From positions 45,942 to 109,941 of the forward strand of contig JAAZJO010000010.1 in the NCBI GenBank assembly GCA_012800315.1: a DNA stretch of 64,000 nt, in the 5' to 3' direction. This DNA comes from Candidatus Falkowbacteria bacterium (lineage in GTDB: Bacteria > Patescibacteriota > Patescibacteriia > Patescibacteriales > UBA12465). Numbering within the stretch: position 1 is the stretch's first letter; every line of letters begins with the position of its first letter. Shown one piece after another: positions 8,446 through 17,947 of the stretch. The translations under genes were made by a program, and so were the position numbers. A model generated the notes under the pieces. It was not told the origin of the DNA. It did not search any database and saw only the letters and a program-made list of their open reading frames with translations.

Positions 8446-11199
8446 TTATTTTAAGTCACCCCAATTATGGCCACGATTTTCTTCAACCACTATCGGTACT
8501 TGTAATTTTATTACCCCCTCCATGATAGCTTTAATTTTAGGCGCATAGAAATCAAGTTTATCTTTTTTAATTTCAAAAATCAATTCATCATGAATTTGTA
8601 ATAACATTTTAATTTCCTCTTCATGTCCATCAATTAGTTGGTTAATTTTTACCATGGCTAATTTAATTAAGTCAGCTGCTGTTCCTTGAATTGGGGTGTT
8701 CATAGCCATCCGCTCAGCCCCTCTTCTGATCATTGGAATATTAGAATTGATTTCTGGTAAATGACGTTTGCGACCAAATAAAGTAATTGTATATTCTTTT
8801 TCCTGAGCTTCTTTAATAGATTTATCAAGCATTTTTTTGACATTGGAAAAAATGGTGAAATATTTTTTGATAAATTCTTTGGCGCGAGCATAAGAAATAC
8901 CAGCTGATTGACTTAAGCCGTGAGGACCTTGTCCGTATAATATGCCGAAATTAATCGCTTTGGCTTCACGGCGCATTTTTTTAGTTACTTCAGACAGGGC
9001 AACGTCGTTAATTTCCGCGGCGGTAGCGGCATGAATATCTTCGCCATTTCGGAAAGTGGCAATCATTTTTTTATCACTAGAGAGATGAGCGGCTAAGCGT
9101 AATTCAATTTGCGAATAATCAAAACTAACAAACTCGTAGCCGGGAGCGGCCACAAAAGCTTCTCTAATTTTACGTCCCTCATCGGTGCGTGTTGGAATAT
9201 TTTGTAGATTCGGATCAGTAGAAGATAAGCGTCCAGTAGCGGTGATGGTTTGATTAAAATTAGTATGTAGGCGTCCAGTTTTGGGGTTGACTAAAGAGGG
9301 TAAGGCTTTAAGGTAGGTGGTTTGTAATTTATTAAGTTCACGATAATCACGTAGCAAGGGGATAATGGGGTGTAAATCATTTAATTTTTCTAATTCTTCT
9401 TCGGCAGTTGAAAAACCAGTTTTAGTTTTTTTGATGTTATTGGTGGGGATGGCTAATTTCTCAAATAAAATTACTTTTAATTGTTTAGTGGAATTTATAT
9501 TAAATTTTTCGGCCGCTAATTTATAAATTTCTTTTTCTAAGTGGCTAATTTTAAGACTAACTTCTTTATTTAAAGCGGTTAGCGGCTTAGTGTCTAATTT
9601 TATTCCGTTATTTTCCATGCTTCCTAAAATTGGCACTAAAGGCATTTCTATTTCAGTAAATAATTTTTTTAATCCAGCTGTGTCTAATTTTTTCTCTAAG
9701 ATTTTTACTAGACGATTAGTAAAATCAGCGTCTTCACAGGAGTAAAGACTAAGTTTTTCCGGATCAAAAGATTGAAAATCAAAAGCGAGCTGCGTCGCTT
9801 GTCCGGCGGCTAAATCTTTTTTATTTATTTTTTCAAAACCAAGTTCGGTAAAAGCAAGAGAATCTAGACTGTGTTGACGATTGCCCGGGTTGAGTAAATA
9901 GGAAGCAATCATGGTGTCAAAAGCTAGTCCAGTTAATTTAATATTTTGATTTTTTAGAACGCGCCAATCAAATTTTAAATTATGACCATATTTTTTTATT
10001 TTTTTGTCTTCTAAAACTGGCTTTAATTTTTTTAAACGATGCTCATTAGCGATGACAAAATACGCTTCGCCAGCTTGCCAGGAAAAACTTAAGCCAATTA
10101 AGTTAGAAGTAAGCGGATCAAGACCAGAGGTTTCCGTGTCAATTGTTATTGTTTTTTGTTTTTTTAAGGCATTGAAAAAGGTGGTGAATTTTTTATCATC
10201 ATTAATTAATTGATAATTAAATTCTTTAGTATTGCGGGCAAATTTTTCTTCCCCACTAGTCATTTGAGTTTGATCATTGCTAGCAGCTTGTTCTTTATTT
10301 AAGGTTTCTCGCAACTCTTTTACTTTGCCAAGTAAAGAATTAAATTCTAATTCACTGAATAATTGGAAAACATTTTTTAAATCAAAATGAGAGTAACTGA
10401 TTTTAGCTAAAGAAAAATCTAACGGGACATTAAGATTAATGGTCGCCAGCTCTTGGCTGAAATAAGCGTCTTCTTTATGTTCTTTGAGTAATCCTAAAAT
10501 ACGCGGTTTTATTTTTGGTGAATTTTTTTCAACTGCCCGATAGAGATTGTCTAAAGTTTTAAATTCAACTAATAAATCGCTGGCAGTTTTTTCGCCAATT
10601 CCCTTAACGCCCGGTATATTATCACTAGCATCACCTCGCAGAGCTTTATAATCAATAATTTGATTAGGATTTAAATTAAAACGCGCCTTTACTTCAGCTG
10701 GTCCATACAAAACACTATCCGATAATCCGCGACTCATAGTATAAACCTTAGTTTGCTCATTAATTAATTGCAAAGTATCTAAGTCGCCAGTGATAATAAT
10801 TTTTTCTAGATTTTTTTCTTTTTTTGTTTTTTCACAAATTGTTCCAATTAAATCATCTGCTTCAAAACCACTAAGTTCAAAAATTGGAATATTAAAAGCA
10901 GTGGCCACTTGTTTAACTAAGGGGATTTGTTCGTATAATTCGTCTGGCGCCTTAACTCGCTTGGCCTTGTAGTCAGCGTAAGCCTCATGGCGGAAGGTTT
11001 TTTCTTTTTTATCTAAAGTTAAAACAACATATTCCGGATGAAACTCATTTAAGGCTTTTAATAAAAAAGAAGTAAAACCATAAACAGCATTAACCAAAAC
11101 CCCTTTTTTAGTGCGCAAAGTTGCCGGTAGAGCATGAAAACTGCGATGAATGAGCGCATTGCCGTCAATAATAACTAGTTTTGCTTTTGTTTTAGACAT
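8446..11199 (-). CDS. polA: DNA polymerase I (5'-3' exo, 3'-5' exo, polymerase)
   Basis: IIDGNALIHRSFHA, GDASDNIPGV, IDTET, TATGRLSSTDPNLQNIP, DYSQIELR, KAINFG, QIHDEL. Confidence 0.97.
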   Translation of the reverse strand: MSKTKAKLVIIDGNALIHRSFHALPATLRTKKGVLVNAVYGFTSFLLKALNEFHPEYVVLTLDKKEKTFRHEAYADYKAKRVKAPDELYEQIPLVKQVATAFNIPIFELSGFEADDLIGTICEKTKKEKNLEKIIITGDLDTLQLINEQTKVYTMSRGLSDSVLYGPAEVKARFNLNPNQIIDYKALRGDASDNIPGVKGIGEKTASDLLVEFKTLDNLYRAVEKNSPKIKPRILGLLKEHKEDAYFSQELATINLNVPLDFSLAKISYSHFDLKNVFQLFSELEFNSLLGKVKELRETLNKEQAASNDQTQMTSGEEKFARNTKEFNYQLINDDKKFTTFFNALKKQKTITIDTETSGLDPLTSNLIGLSFSWQAGEAYFVIANEHRLKKLKPVLEDKKIKKYGHNLKFDWRVLKNQNIKLTGLAFDTMIASYLLNPGNRQHSLDSLAFTELGFEKINKKDLAAGQATQLAFDFQSFDPEKLSLYSCEDADFTNRLVKILEKKLDTAGLKKLFTEIEMPLVPILGSMENNGIKLDTKPLTALNKEVSLKISHLEKEIYKLAAEKFNINSTKQLKVILFEKLAIPTNNIKKTKTGFSTAEEELEKLNDLHPIIPLLRDYRELNKLQTTYLKALPSLVNPKTGRLHTNFNQTITATGRLSSTDPNLQNIPTRTDEGRKIREAFVAAPGYEFVSFDYSQIELRLAAHLSSDKKMIATFRNGEDIHAATAAEINDVALSEVTKKMRREAKAINFGILYGQGPHGLSQSAGISYARAKEFIKKYFTIFSNVKKMLDKSIKEAQEKEYTITLFGRKRHLPEINSNIPMIRRGAERMAMNTPIQGTAADLIKLAMVKINQLIDGHEEEIKMLLQIHDELIFEIKKDKLDFYAPKIKAIMEGVIKLQVPIVVEENRGHNWGDLK

Positions 11200-11431
11200 A
11201 TTTTAATTTTACCATTAAAAAGACCGGCTGGGTAGTAATTTTAAAAAAACTCCGTAAAATAGAGATTTTTATTAGGTGGATATTAAAAAGCGGGTTTCTA
11301 GTTGTTTGAACGAAAGCCTGAAGGAAATTAAATATAGAGCGAAGTTTTTGGCTAGGCATTTTGTTTAATTTTGCCTTGATTTTATGTAATTTTTGTGATA
11401 CATTGCTGCTATAAAAATAAGTCAAGATTTT

Positions 11432-13771
11432 ATGAATTTTGAAAAAAATATAATTGAAGATCTGACAAAAACTCAAAAAGAATCTTTTTCTGAAAAAAAA
11501 GAAAAGTTAGACTCAGTTAAGGATGTTTTACAAGAAAAATTTGAGCAAGAAAATTTGCCGAAAGATTTAGTTTTGGAGATGATAAATATCAGAAAAGAGA
11601 TAAAAGATAAGATAGAAGAAGAAAATTTTGTTGATAGTTTAGATGAGTCGGTTGATAACCGCATTAAATTATTAATGGCTGAAATTTATAATCCGGAGCT
11701 TAAGGAGGAGGCAGGGGAAATAGAAGAAATTATTGAGAATAAAGAGGGTCGTGTAGAAATTATTTTTAAGGATGGTAAAAAAGAAGTGCTTGGCAACAAT
11801 GAAACAGAGTTATTAAGCTCCCTTCGTTTATATTTTGATTCATATCGCTTAGCTCATAATGCTAGCAAATTTAGAGCTAATATTAATGAGATCAAATCTG
11901 GGATTATTAAAGACAGTCAAGATAGAAAATTGAATTTCTATTCTGAAAAAGAAAAAAAAGAGGAAGTATTGTCTGGTTTACAGGAAAAATATGAGAAAGC
12001 GGGTTTTTCAGAAAAAGAACTTAAGGAATTAATTAAATTTTGTGATTTAAAAGATTTAGATGATTTACCGATTCATGAAATAAAAATAATGAGTAAAATT
12101 CAGGACATATTTTCTCGTTTCATGAAAGGCGACAAAGCAAAATATATTGGGCTTTCGGCGGCTTTAATGATTCCGGCGTTTATTCAAGGTTATGCTCCAA
12201 TGTTGTTTGCTGATGCTTTTAAAAATAATACTACCGACATTAATCAAATAATTTTATTTTCTTTAGCTTCGGTCGGTGGAGCTGGTTTATCAGCATTGAT
12301 TCAAAAGCAATATAAAGATTTTGTAAATAAAAATTATCAAAAGGACGGTGGTGTTAGTGAGTTTACTGCTAAAAATTTAACCGAAATGCCACCTAATGAA
12401 ACTAAAAAGTTTGGTTTAGAGACAGTAAAGCATAGAGCCAGTGAAGGGCGAAATAGTTATGAGAATGTTTTAAATACTTTTAGCTTTAATATTTTACCAG
12501 CTGTCACTACCTTAACGACCAGCGCTGCTATGCTTTATGGGAAAAGCCCAATATTAGCTGCTGGCACAGCTCTAGCTTCGGGCTTAACTATCACTTTAGA
12601 TAAATATTTCCAGAAAGCAGGTAGGTTTTGGGAAAAAGAAAGGAGCGCAGAGAGAACCTCAGAGCAAATGGCTAAAAAACTAAACGAACAGCTGAATGCT
12701 CACATGGAAGTAATTTTGGCCGGCGAAAAGGAAAAGTTTTTTAATGAAATTAGGGAATTTATTGAAAAAGAGAAAATTGCTCAAAGTGAAAAAGGTTTTT
12801 TTAAAGTTTTAGAGGAAGCTTATTTTAGATTTGCCAATTCTATAAATTTAACGCTTCTTGGTGTGACTAGTTTATTAGCCGGGGGAGCGCCAGATAAAAT
12901 GATTGCAGCTGTTCTTTATTCAGGAAACTTTAATCGTGGAATACAAGACTTATTAAGTGCTAAAAGAAGTTTATTAAGATCTTTGCGGAATATAATGCAA
13001 ATGGAGTTAATGTTTAATGGTTATGCTAAGGAAGAGGAGGAAAAAGAAAAAGATCGTATAGGCATTAGCTCAATAAAAAATAATGATATTAACTTAAAAG
13101 ATGTAAATGTTGAATTAGACAATAAAAAAATATTAGATAATGTTAATCTAAATATCCCATCAGGCTCCATGGTTTATTTACAAGGGGCCAGTGGGGCCGG
13201 TAAGACAACTTTAATGAAAATAATTTCTGGTTATTATCAGCCCAGTTCTGGTGAAGTGAAATTTGGTGATGTACCTGTTGAAAATATTAAAAAAACTGGC
13301 GAAGAATCTATTTATAATAAAATTGCCTATTTATCGCAATTTCCTTATTTATTTGATGATAGTTTAAGAAATAATTTGAAATTTGGTTTAAAAACAGAAA
13401 TCAAAGATGAGCAAATCATGGAAACTTTAAATGAAGTAGGGTTAAGTAAAAGATTTAATAATTTAGATGAAAAAATATTTGGTGGCTCTGGTGATGCTGG
13501 TAAAACTTCGGGCGGTGAAACTTCGCGAATTGGCTTAGCTCGTGTTTTATTAAAAATAAGAAGTAGTGATTCAAAATTAGTATTTTTAGATGAACCCACT
13601 GCGTCTGTTGATCAAGATACAAAACAAGATATTGCCGAAATAATTAATAATGAAAAAGCTAAAAGACCAGAAACAACCTTTATTGTTATTAGCCATGATG
13701 AAAAGTTTGTTGAAATGTTAGATTGTAGTATTAGAGTAGAGATGGAAAGGGGAAAAATTATAGAAAAATAA
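11432..13771 (+). CDS. ABC exporter-type fused permease/ATPase with a charged N-terminal extension of about 230 aa
   Basis: Hydrophobic helices at about aa 237-500, Walker A GASGAGKTT, signature TSGGE, Walker B VFLDEPT, ISHD. Confidence 0.85.
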   Translation: MNFEKNIIEDLTKTQKESFSEKKEKLDSVKDVLQEKFEQENLPKDLVLEMINIRKEIKDKIEEENFVDSLDESVDNRIKLLMAEIYNPELKEEAGEIEEIIENKEGRVEIIFKDGKKEVLGNNETELLSSLRLYFDSYRLAHNASKFRANINEIKSGIIKDSQDRKLNFYSEKEKKEEVLSGLQEKYEKAGFSEKELKELIKFCDLKDLDDLPIHEIKIMSKIQDIFSRFMKGDKAKYIGLSAALMIPAFIQGYAPMLFADAFKNNTTDINQIILFSLASVGGAGLSALIQKQYKDFVNKNYQKDGGVSEFTAKNLTEMPPNETKKFGLETVKHRASEGRNSYENVLNTFSFNILPAVTTLTTSAAMLYGKSPILAAGTALASGLTITLDKYFQKAGRFWEKERSAERTSEQMAKKLNEQLNAHMEVILAGEKEKFFNEIREFIEKEKIAQSEKGFFKVLEEAYFRFANSINLTLLGVTSLLAGGAPDKMIAAVLYSGNFNRGIQDLLSAKRSLLRSLRNIMQMELMFNGYAKEEEEKEKDRIGISSIKNNDINLKDVNVELDNKKILDNVNLNIPSGSMVYLQGASGAGKTTLMKIISGYYQPSSGEVKFGDVPVENIKKTGEESIYNKIAYLSQFPYLFDDSLRNNLKFGLKTEIKDEQIMETLNEVGLSKRFNNLDEKIFGGSGDAGKTSGGETSRIGLARVLLKIRSSDSKLVFLDEPTASVDQDTKQDIAEIINNEKAKRPETTFIVISHDEKFVEMLDCSIRVEMERGKIIEK

Positions 13772-13784
13772 TTGAGTTAGAAAT

Positions 13785-13815
13785 AAAAAAAGAGACTTGG
13801 TTAATACCAAGTCTC
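13785..13815 (-). terminator. Intrinsic terminator of tRNA-Ala, between convergent genes
   Basis: GAGACTTGGT-TAAT-ACCAAGTCTC perfect 10-bp stem with a U-tail on the minus strand. Confidence 0.75.
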
Positions 13816-13821
13816 GTATAG

Positions 13822-13894
13822 TGGACCCTACAGGACTCGAACCTGCCACCCCCTGCTTGCAAAGCAGGTGCTCTACCAGATGAGCTAAGGGCCC
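13822..13894 (-). tRNA. tRNA-Ala(UGC), CCA not encoded
   Basis: GGGCCCT acceptor with G3:U70, CCTGC-TT-TGC-AA-GCAGG, GGTTCGAGTCC. Confidence 0.96.
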
Positions 13895-13923
13895 AAGGAA
13901 GTCATCATAATGATGACTTTTTG

Positions 13924-13952
13924 ATTATAGACGGAATTTTAAAATTTGTGAA
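13924..13952 (-). promoter_or_regulatory. Sigma70 promoter for tRNA-Ala
   Basis: Minus strand TTCACA-17 nt-TATAAT. Confidence 0.6.
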
Positions 13953-13981
13953 GAGGCGACAGCTAATTGGAGGATTTTATT

Positions 13982-14242
13982 CTAATAATTAGGTGTCCCT
14001 GTCTTAATTAATGGGCTAAGTACCCAACCAAAAAATTCTGGTCCGCTACCAGTCATTACGACGATGCCGATAAAAATAATTAATAAGCCAATTAGCTTAT
14101 AACCAAGACGTGTTCCACCTTCGGCTCCTAATTTTTTTTCAAACCAGGCAATTCGCCCAAAATTACTCACTAGCCATTCTGTTTTGATAACCATACCCGT
14201 CCCAGCAGCAATAGCGATTATTCCTAAAATAATTTTCCCCAT
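13982..14242 (-). CDS. Small membrane protein of unknown function (about two TM helices)
   Basis: Two hydrophobic segments around FGRIAWFEKKLGAEGGTRLGYK; 14 nt downstream of the M23 gene. Confidence 0.75.
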   Translation of the reverse strand: MGKIILGIIAIAAGTGMVIKTEWLVSNFGRIAWFEKKLGAEGGTRLGYKLIGLLIIFIGIVVMTGSGPEFFGWVLSPLIKTGTPNY

Positions 14243-14256
14243 TTTATTTAATTAAT

Positions 14257-15639
14257 TTAATATTTTATATAATTTAAAGGATTATATCGGGTGCCATTAA
14301 TAACCACTTCAAAATGAAGGTGTGGTCCAGTTGATCGTCCAGTAGAACCCATTAACATAATCGTTTGTCCCTTTTCAACTTTATCACCAACTTTAACTAA
14401 TAATTTTGAAGCATGACCATAGCGCGTTCTAACACCATTGCCGTGATCAATTAAAATGGTATTACCATAGCCGCCATTGTATCCAGTTTGAGCAATAATA
14501 ACTGTACCACTATTGGCCGCATAAATTGGTGTGCCGACTTTATTGGCAATATCTAGACCATTATGAGCCCAAGAAAAGTATTGCGTAATACGATTGCCAA
14601 CAGTTGGCCAAACCATTGAAGAACTATTAGTTTTAGTGGTTGACGGGCTAATTAAATCTTTAATCACAGAAACGCCAGTGTAGTTTGTCGTTTTTTTATT
14701 AACAGTAGTGGTTTGTATTTTCTTTGCTCCTGGGAGAATAAGCTGTTGACCAACAGCCAGGGTTTCTCCTAGAGAATTACTGTCTGCAATTTTTTCTAAT
14801 TCAATATCATATTTTTGAGCTATTCTAGCTAAAGTATCTCCTTTTTTAACAGTATATAAAACTCCGCTACATGGCAAAATAGTTAATTTATCTCCAGGAC
14901 GAATCAGACTATAGGTAGATAAATTATTTGCCCATAAAATAGTATTAACGGTAATGCCGAAACGGCGAGAGATAGTAGAGACGGTATCGCCTGCTTGAAC
15001 AATATAATAAATTATTTCTTTACGCTCGCTTACTTCTTCATCGCCATTGATATTTTCTTCTAGTAAACCTGGCTTAAAGACTAAGTCATTTTCTTCATTA
15101 AAGAAAAAGGGTGAGCCATAATTTAAATCATCTTTACCATCCTCCACGTCTTCTTCTTCTTTGGCAATTACATCATAATCATTAAGATATTTGTTTTGAC
15201 TGGCAGCCAGTATGCTATTCGGAGTGGCAATTTCTTCAATTAATTCTTCTTGCTGAACAGTGCTAAAATCTTTTTTAATTAAATTAAACATAACGGACTT
15301 AGACAATTCCGTGCCCATTGCGCCCGCTCTTTTAGTATTAGTTAAACCAGAGAATAAAATAATAAAAACTAAACAGAAAATGAAAATATAAATTGGTTGT
15401 CGCCAGAGTATTTCTAGGGGGGATTTTTTGATTAAGCCAGTTTTTTTCCAGCGGAAAAGCTGAAAATATATTTTGACTAATATTTTATAAAAAAGTGATC
15501 CGAATAACCAACGAAAAAATCCGGCAATTAGTCGGAATAGGCCGGTGAGTATTTTTTTTAATAACAGAACGCCCTTAATTGCTAATAAGCCGCTTTCAAC
15601 GGCTATTTTTTTTAATTGTTTAGAGAAGGATTTACTAAT
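14257..15639 (-). CDS. LysM x2 + M23 peptidase, membrane anchored; true start uncertain and probably upstream of ATG 15318
   Basis: YIVQAGDTVSTI and YTVKKGDTLARIA LysM repeats, HNGLD and GRSTGPHLHFEV zinc motifs. The frame stays open to 15666 and encodes a TM helix; 15639 is one candidate ATT start. Confidence 0.85.
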   Translation of the reverse strand: MSKSFSKQLKKIAVESGLLAIKGVLLLKKILTGLFRLIAGFFRWLFGSLFYKILVKIYFQLFRWKKTGLIKKSPLEILWRQPIYIFIFCLVFIILFSGLTNTKRAGAMGTELSKSVMFNLIKKDFSTVQQEELIEEIATPNSILAASQNKYLNDYDVIAKEEEDVEDGKDDLNYGSPFFFNEENDLVFKPGLLEENINGDEEVSERKEIIYYIVQAGDTVSTISRRFGITVNTILWANNLSTYSLIRPGDKLTILPCSGVLYTVKKGDTLARIAQKYDIELEKIADSNSLGETLAVGQQLILPGAKKIQTTTVNKKTTNYTGVSVIKDLISPSTTKTNSSSMVWPTVGNRITQYFSWAHNGLDIANKVGTPIYAANSGTVIIAQTGYNGGYGNTILIDHGNGVRTRYGHASKLLVKVGDKVEKGQTIMLMGSTGRSTGPHLHFEVVINGTRYNPLNYIKY

Positions 15640-15702
15640 ATGATTATTGAAAAACTCATCCTCATACTATCATTTTTGAGCTTTTTTAGTCAATTTAGCA
15701 AT

Positions 15703-16614
15703 TTATTCCACAATTATAGCAAAAGCTTTTTTATGACCATAGGCCTGAGGCGCTTCTTGACAGTAGGAGGCAATATTTTTTTTAAAATAAGGAGGCTTTA
15801 TTTCTTGAATTTTACCAATTAGATAATAAGATAGAGCAAAAATTAGCCCAAAGCCGGCATTTTTTGGTAATTTTATTTCTAAACGATTTTTTTTAAGTCC
15901 AAAATATTTATTTTCTCCAAAACTGATAACTAATTCCTTAGCCGAATTATTAACAAATTTAGCGTGACGTGCTTCGCCAAAACTAAAGGCGCGCAAAGAT
16001 AAGTAAGGACCAAACAATTCATGTCGCTTTATTTCTAACATGGGTGCGATTGCCCCAAACTCATCTGGTAAAATAAAAGAATAGGCAGTATATTTTTTAA
16101 AATCTTTAGGCAATTTAAGAGTATTGATAAACTTTTTAATACCTAAAGCTTTTTCATTTTTGCCAGCTAAAATCATGCCTAAATAGGTAGAGACATTATA
16201 AGTATATGGTTCTGGTAGTTTTTGATAAACAATTGTTTGGTCGGCTAGCTGAGCAGCGGTAGATTGAGGGCTGCAAGTTAATAAAATAGTTTTTAGCCCA
16301 TTTTTTTTAGCTAATTTTATTTCCCAAATTGAATCTTTTTCACCAGAGGCAGAGATAATAACTGCTTGAGTGATAATTTTTTTTCTAATTAAGGGCTTAT
16401 AGTTAGTGATAATTTTTTTAAAATTACTTTCATTAGCAATAATAGCTGGTTTATCGGAAAAAATTATTTGGCCAGTGTTAAAAGCATTGCCACTACCAAC
16501 GACTAAGGGAAAGCCTAGATTTTTAAGGTTAAGTCGCGCTGGTTGGTTCTTTTCAAAAAAATCAAGAGCGGCTATGACAGTTTCGTTGAGGTTTGGTAAT
16601 TTATTAGGGGTCAT
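15703..16614 (-). CDS. SIS (sugar isomerase)-fold protein
   Basis: VVGSGNA, VIISASGE, ILLTCS and FGEARHA resemble GlmS/PGI-PMI SIS-domain motifs. Confidence 0.6.
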   Translation of the reverse strand: MTPNKLPNLNETVIAALDFFEKNQPARLNLKNLGFPLVVGSGNAFNTGQIIFSDKPAIIANESNFKKIITNYKPLIRKKIITQAVIISASGEKDSIWEIKLAKKNGLKTILLTCSPQSTAAQLADQTIVYQKLPEPYTYNVSTYLGMILAGKNEKALGIKKFINTLKLPKDFKKYTAYSFILPDEFGAIAPMLEIKRHELFGPYLSLRAFSFGEARHAKFVNNSAKELVISFGENKYFGLKKNRLEIKLPKNAGFGLIFALSYYLIGKIQEIKPPYFKKNIASYCQEAPQAYGHKKAFAIIVE

Positions 16615-16720
16615 ATTTTTAGTTATTTTACTTATTTTTAATTATAATTCATCTTGATTTTTATTTCAATTTACGGTAGGATGGCGATATAATCAAGATG
16701 ATAATTAATGAAGATAATTT

Positions 16721-17440
16721 ATGTCAGGACACTCAAAATGGGCGACAACTCATCGTCAAAAAGCGCTAGTTGATGCTAAGCGGGGCGCTATTTTTACCAA
16801 ATTGGCTAATCTGATAACGATTGCGGCTCGTAAGGGTGGTGATCCTAATTCCAACCCCTCTTTGCGCACAGCCATTGATCAGGCTCGTAATGTAAATATG
16901 CCGAAAGATAATATTGAAAGAGCTATTAAAAAAGGGACGGGCGAATTAAGCGGGGATATTGTTGAAGAACTTTATTATGAAGGTGTTTTGCCGGGCGGAG
17001 TACAAGTAGTGGTTAAGTGTTTAACTGATAATAAAAATAGGAGTGGTTCAACAGTGCGTCATTTATTTACTAAAAATGGCGGCGCCTTTGGTTCAGTTTT
17101 ATGGAATTTTTCGCAATTAGGTGTTATTCGTATCGCTAGTGAACAATTAGCTGAGAAAAAAATTCAGTCTGAGGATTTAGAGCTAGAATTAATTGATCAA
17201 AACATTGTTGATTTTAAAAAAGAAGAAGAGGGGATTGTTGTTTATACAGAAATAAAAGATTTACAAGCAGTGGAAGATTTTTTAGAAAGACGGGGTTTAA
17301 AAATTGAATCAGCCGAAATTGAGTACGTTGCTAAAGATAAAATTTCTATATCAGAGGAGGAGGGGCAAGTGATTGATAGGTTTCTGGAAGAGTTAGATGA
17401 CAACGAAGACGTTAGTGATTATTATACTAATTTACTTTAA
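16721..17440 (+). CDS. yebC: YebC/PmpR family protein
   Basis: MSGHSKW, GGDPNSNPSLR, NMPKDNIERAIKKG, LTDNKNRS. Confidence 0.95.
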   Translation: MSGHSKWATTHRQKALVDAKRGAIFTKLANLITIAARKGGDPNSNPSLRTAIDQARNVNMPKDNIERAIKKGTGELSGDIVEELYYEGVLPGGVQVVVKCLTDNKNRSGSTVRHLFTKNGGAFGSVLWNFSQLGVIRIASEQLAEKKIQSEDLELELIDQNIVDFKKEEEGIVVYTEIKDLQAVEDFLERRGLKIESAEIEYVAKDKISISEEEGQVIDRFLEELDDNEDVSDYYTNLL

Positions 17441-17452
17441 TTATTGTTTGTT

Positions 17453-17947
17453 ATGGCAATGGCCAAAATAATTTTAGGAGTTGATCCGGGAATTGCTGAT
17501 ACGGGCTATGGCATAATAAAAGCGGAGGGCAGTCGTTTGACTTGTCTATCTTATGGCTCAATCAAAACTGATAAAAAACTTAGTTTAGCTGATCGTTTAG
17601 AAACTCTGTATATTGAATTGGATAAAATAATAAAAAAATATAAACCGGACCTAGTCTCAATTGAAGAATTATTTTTTAATAAAAATGTTCGTACCGCTTT
17701 GATTGTCGGGCAAGCGCGAGGTGTTGCTCTTTTAACCTTTAAGAAAAATGGTTTAAAAATTGTTGAATACACTCCCTCTCAAGCGAAAGCAGCTGTTTCA
17801 GCTTATGGCCAGGCTTCTAAAATGCAGGTACAAAAAATGGTTAAATTAATTCTTAATTTAGATAAACTACCTCGGCCGGATGACGCTGCTGATGCCTTAG
17901 CGTTAGCTATTTGTGGTTTAAATTCTAATTTATGTCTAAAAAAGTAG
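17453..17947 (+). CDS. ruvC: Holliday junction resolvase RuvC
   Basis: ILGVDPG, IEELFF, GQARGV, PDDAADALALA; ATG at 17453 or 17459. Confidence 0.95.
   Translation: MAMAKIILGVDPGIADTGYGIIKAEGSRLTCLSYGSIKTDKKLSLADRLETLYIELDKIIKKYKPDLVSIEELFFNKNVRTALIVGQARGVALLTFKKNGLKIVEYTPSQAKAAVSAYGQASKMQVQKMVKLILNLDKLPRPDDAADALALAICGLNSNLCLKK

Noticed and set aside
11200-13822. Integrative element at the tRNA-Ala 3' end carrying the ABC gene
   Set aside because: No integrase, and no duplicated tRNA 3' end (att) seen in 11200-11431
16615-16720. Replication origin at the switch from minus- to plus-strand genes
   Set aside because: No dnaA or clustered DnaA boxes seen; divergent promoters explain the spacer
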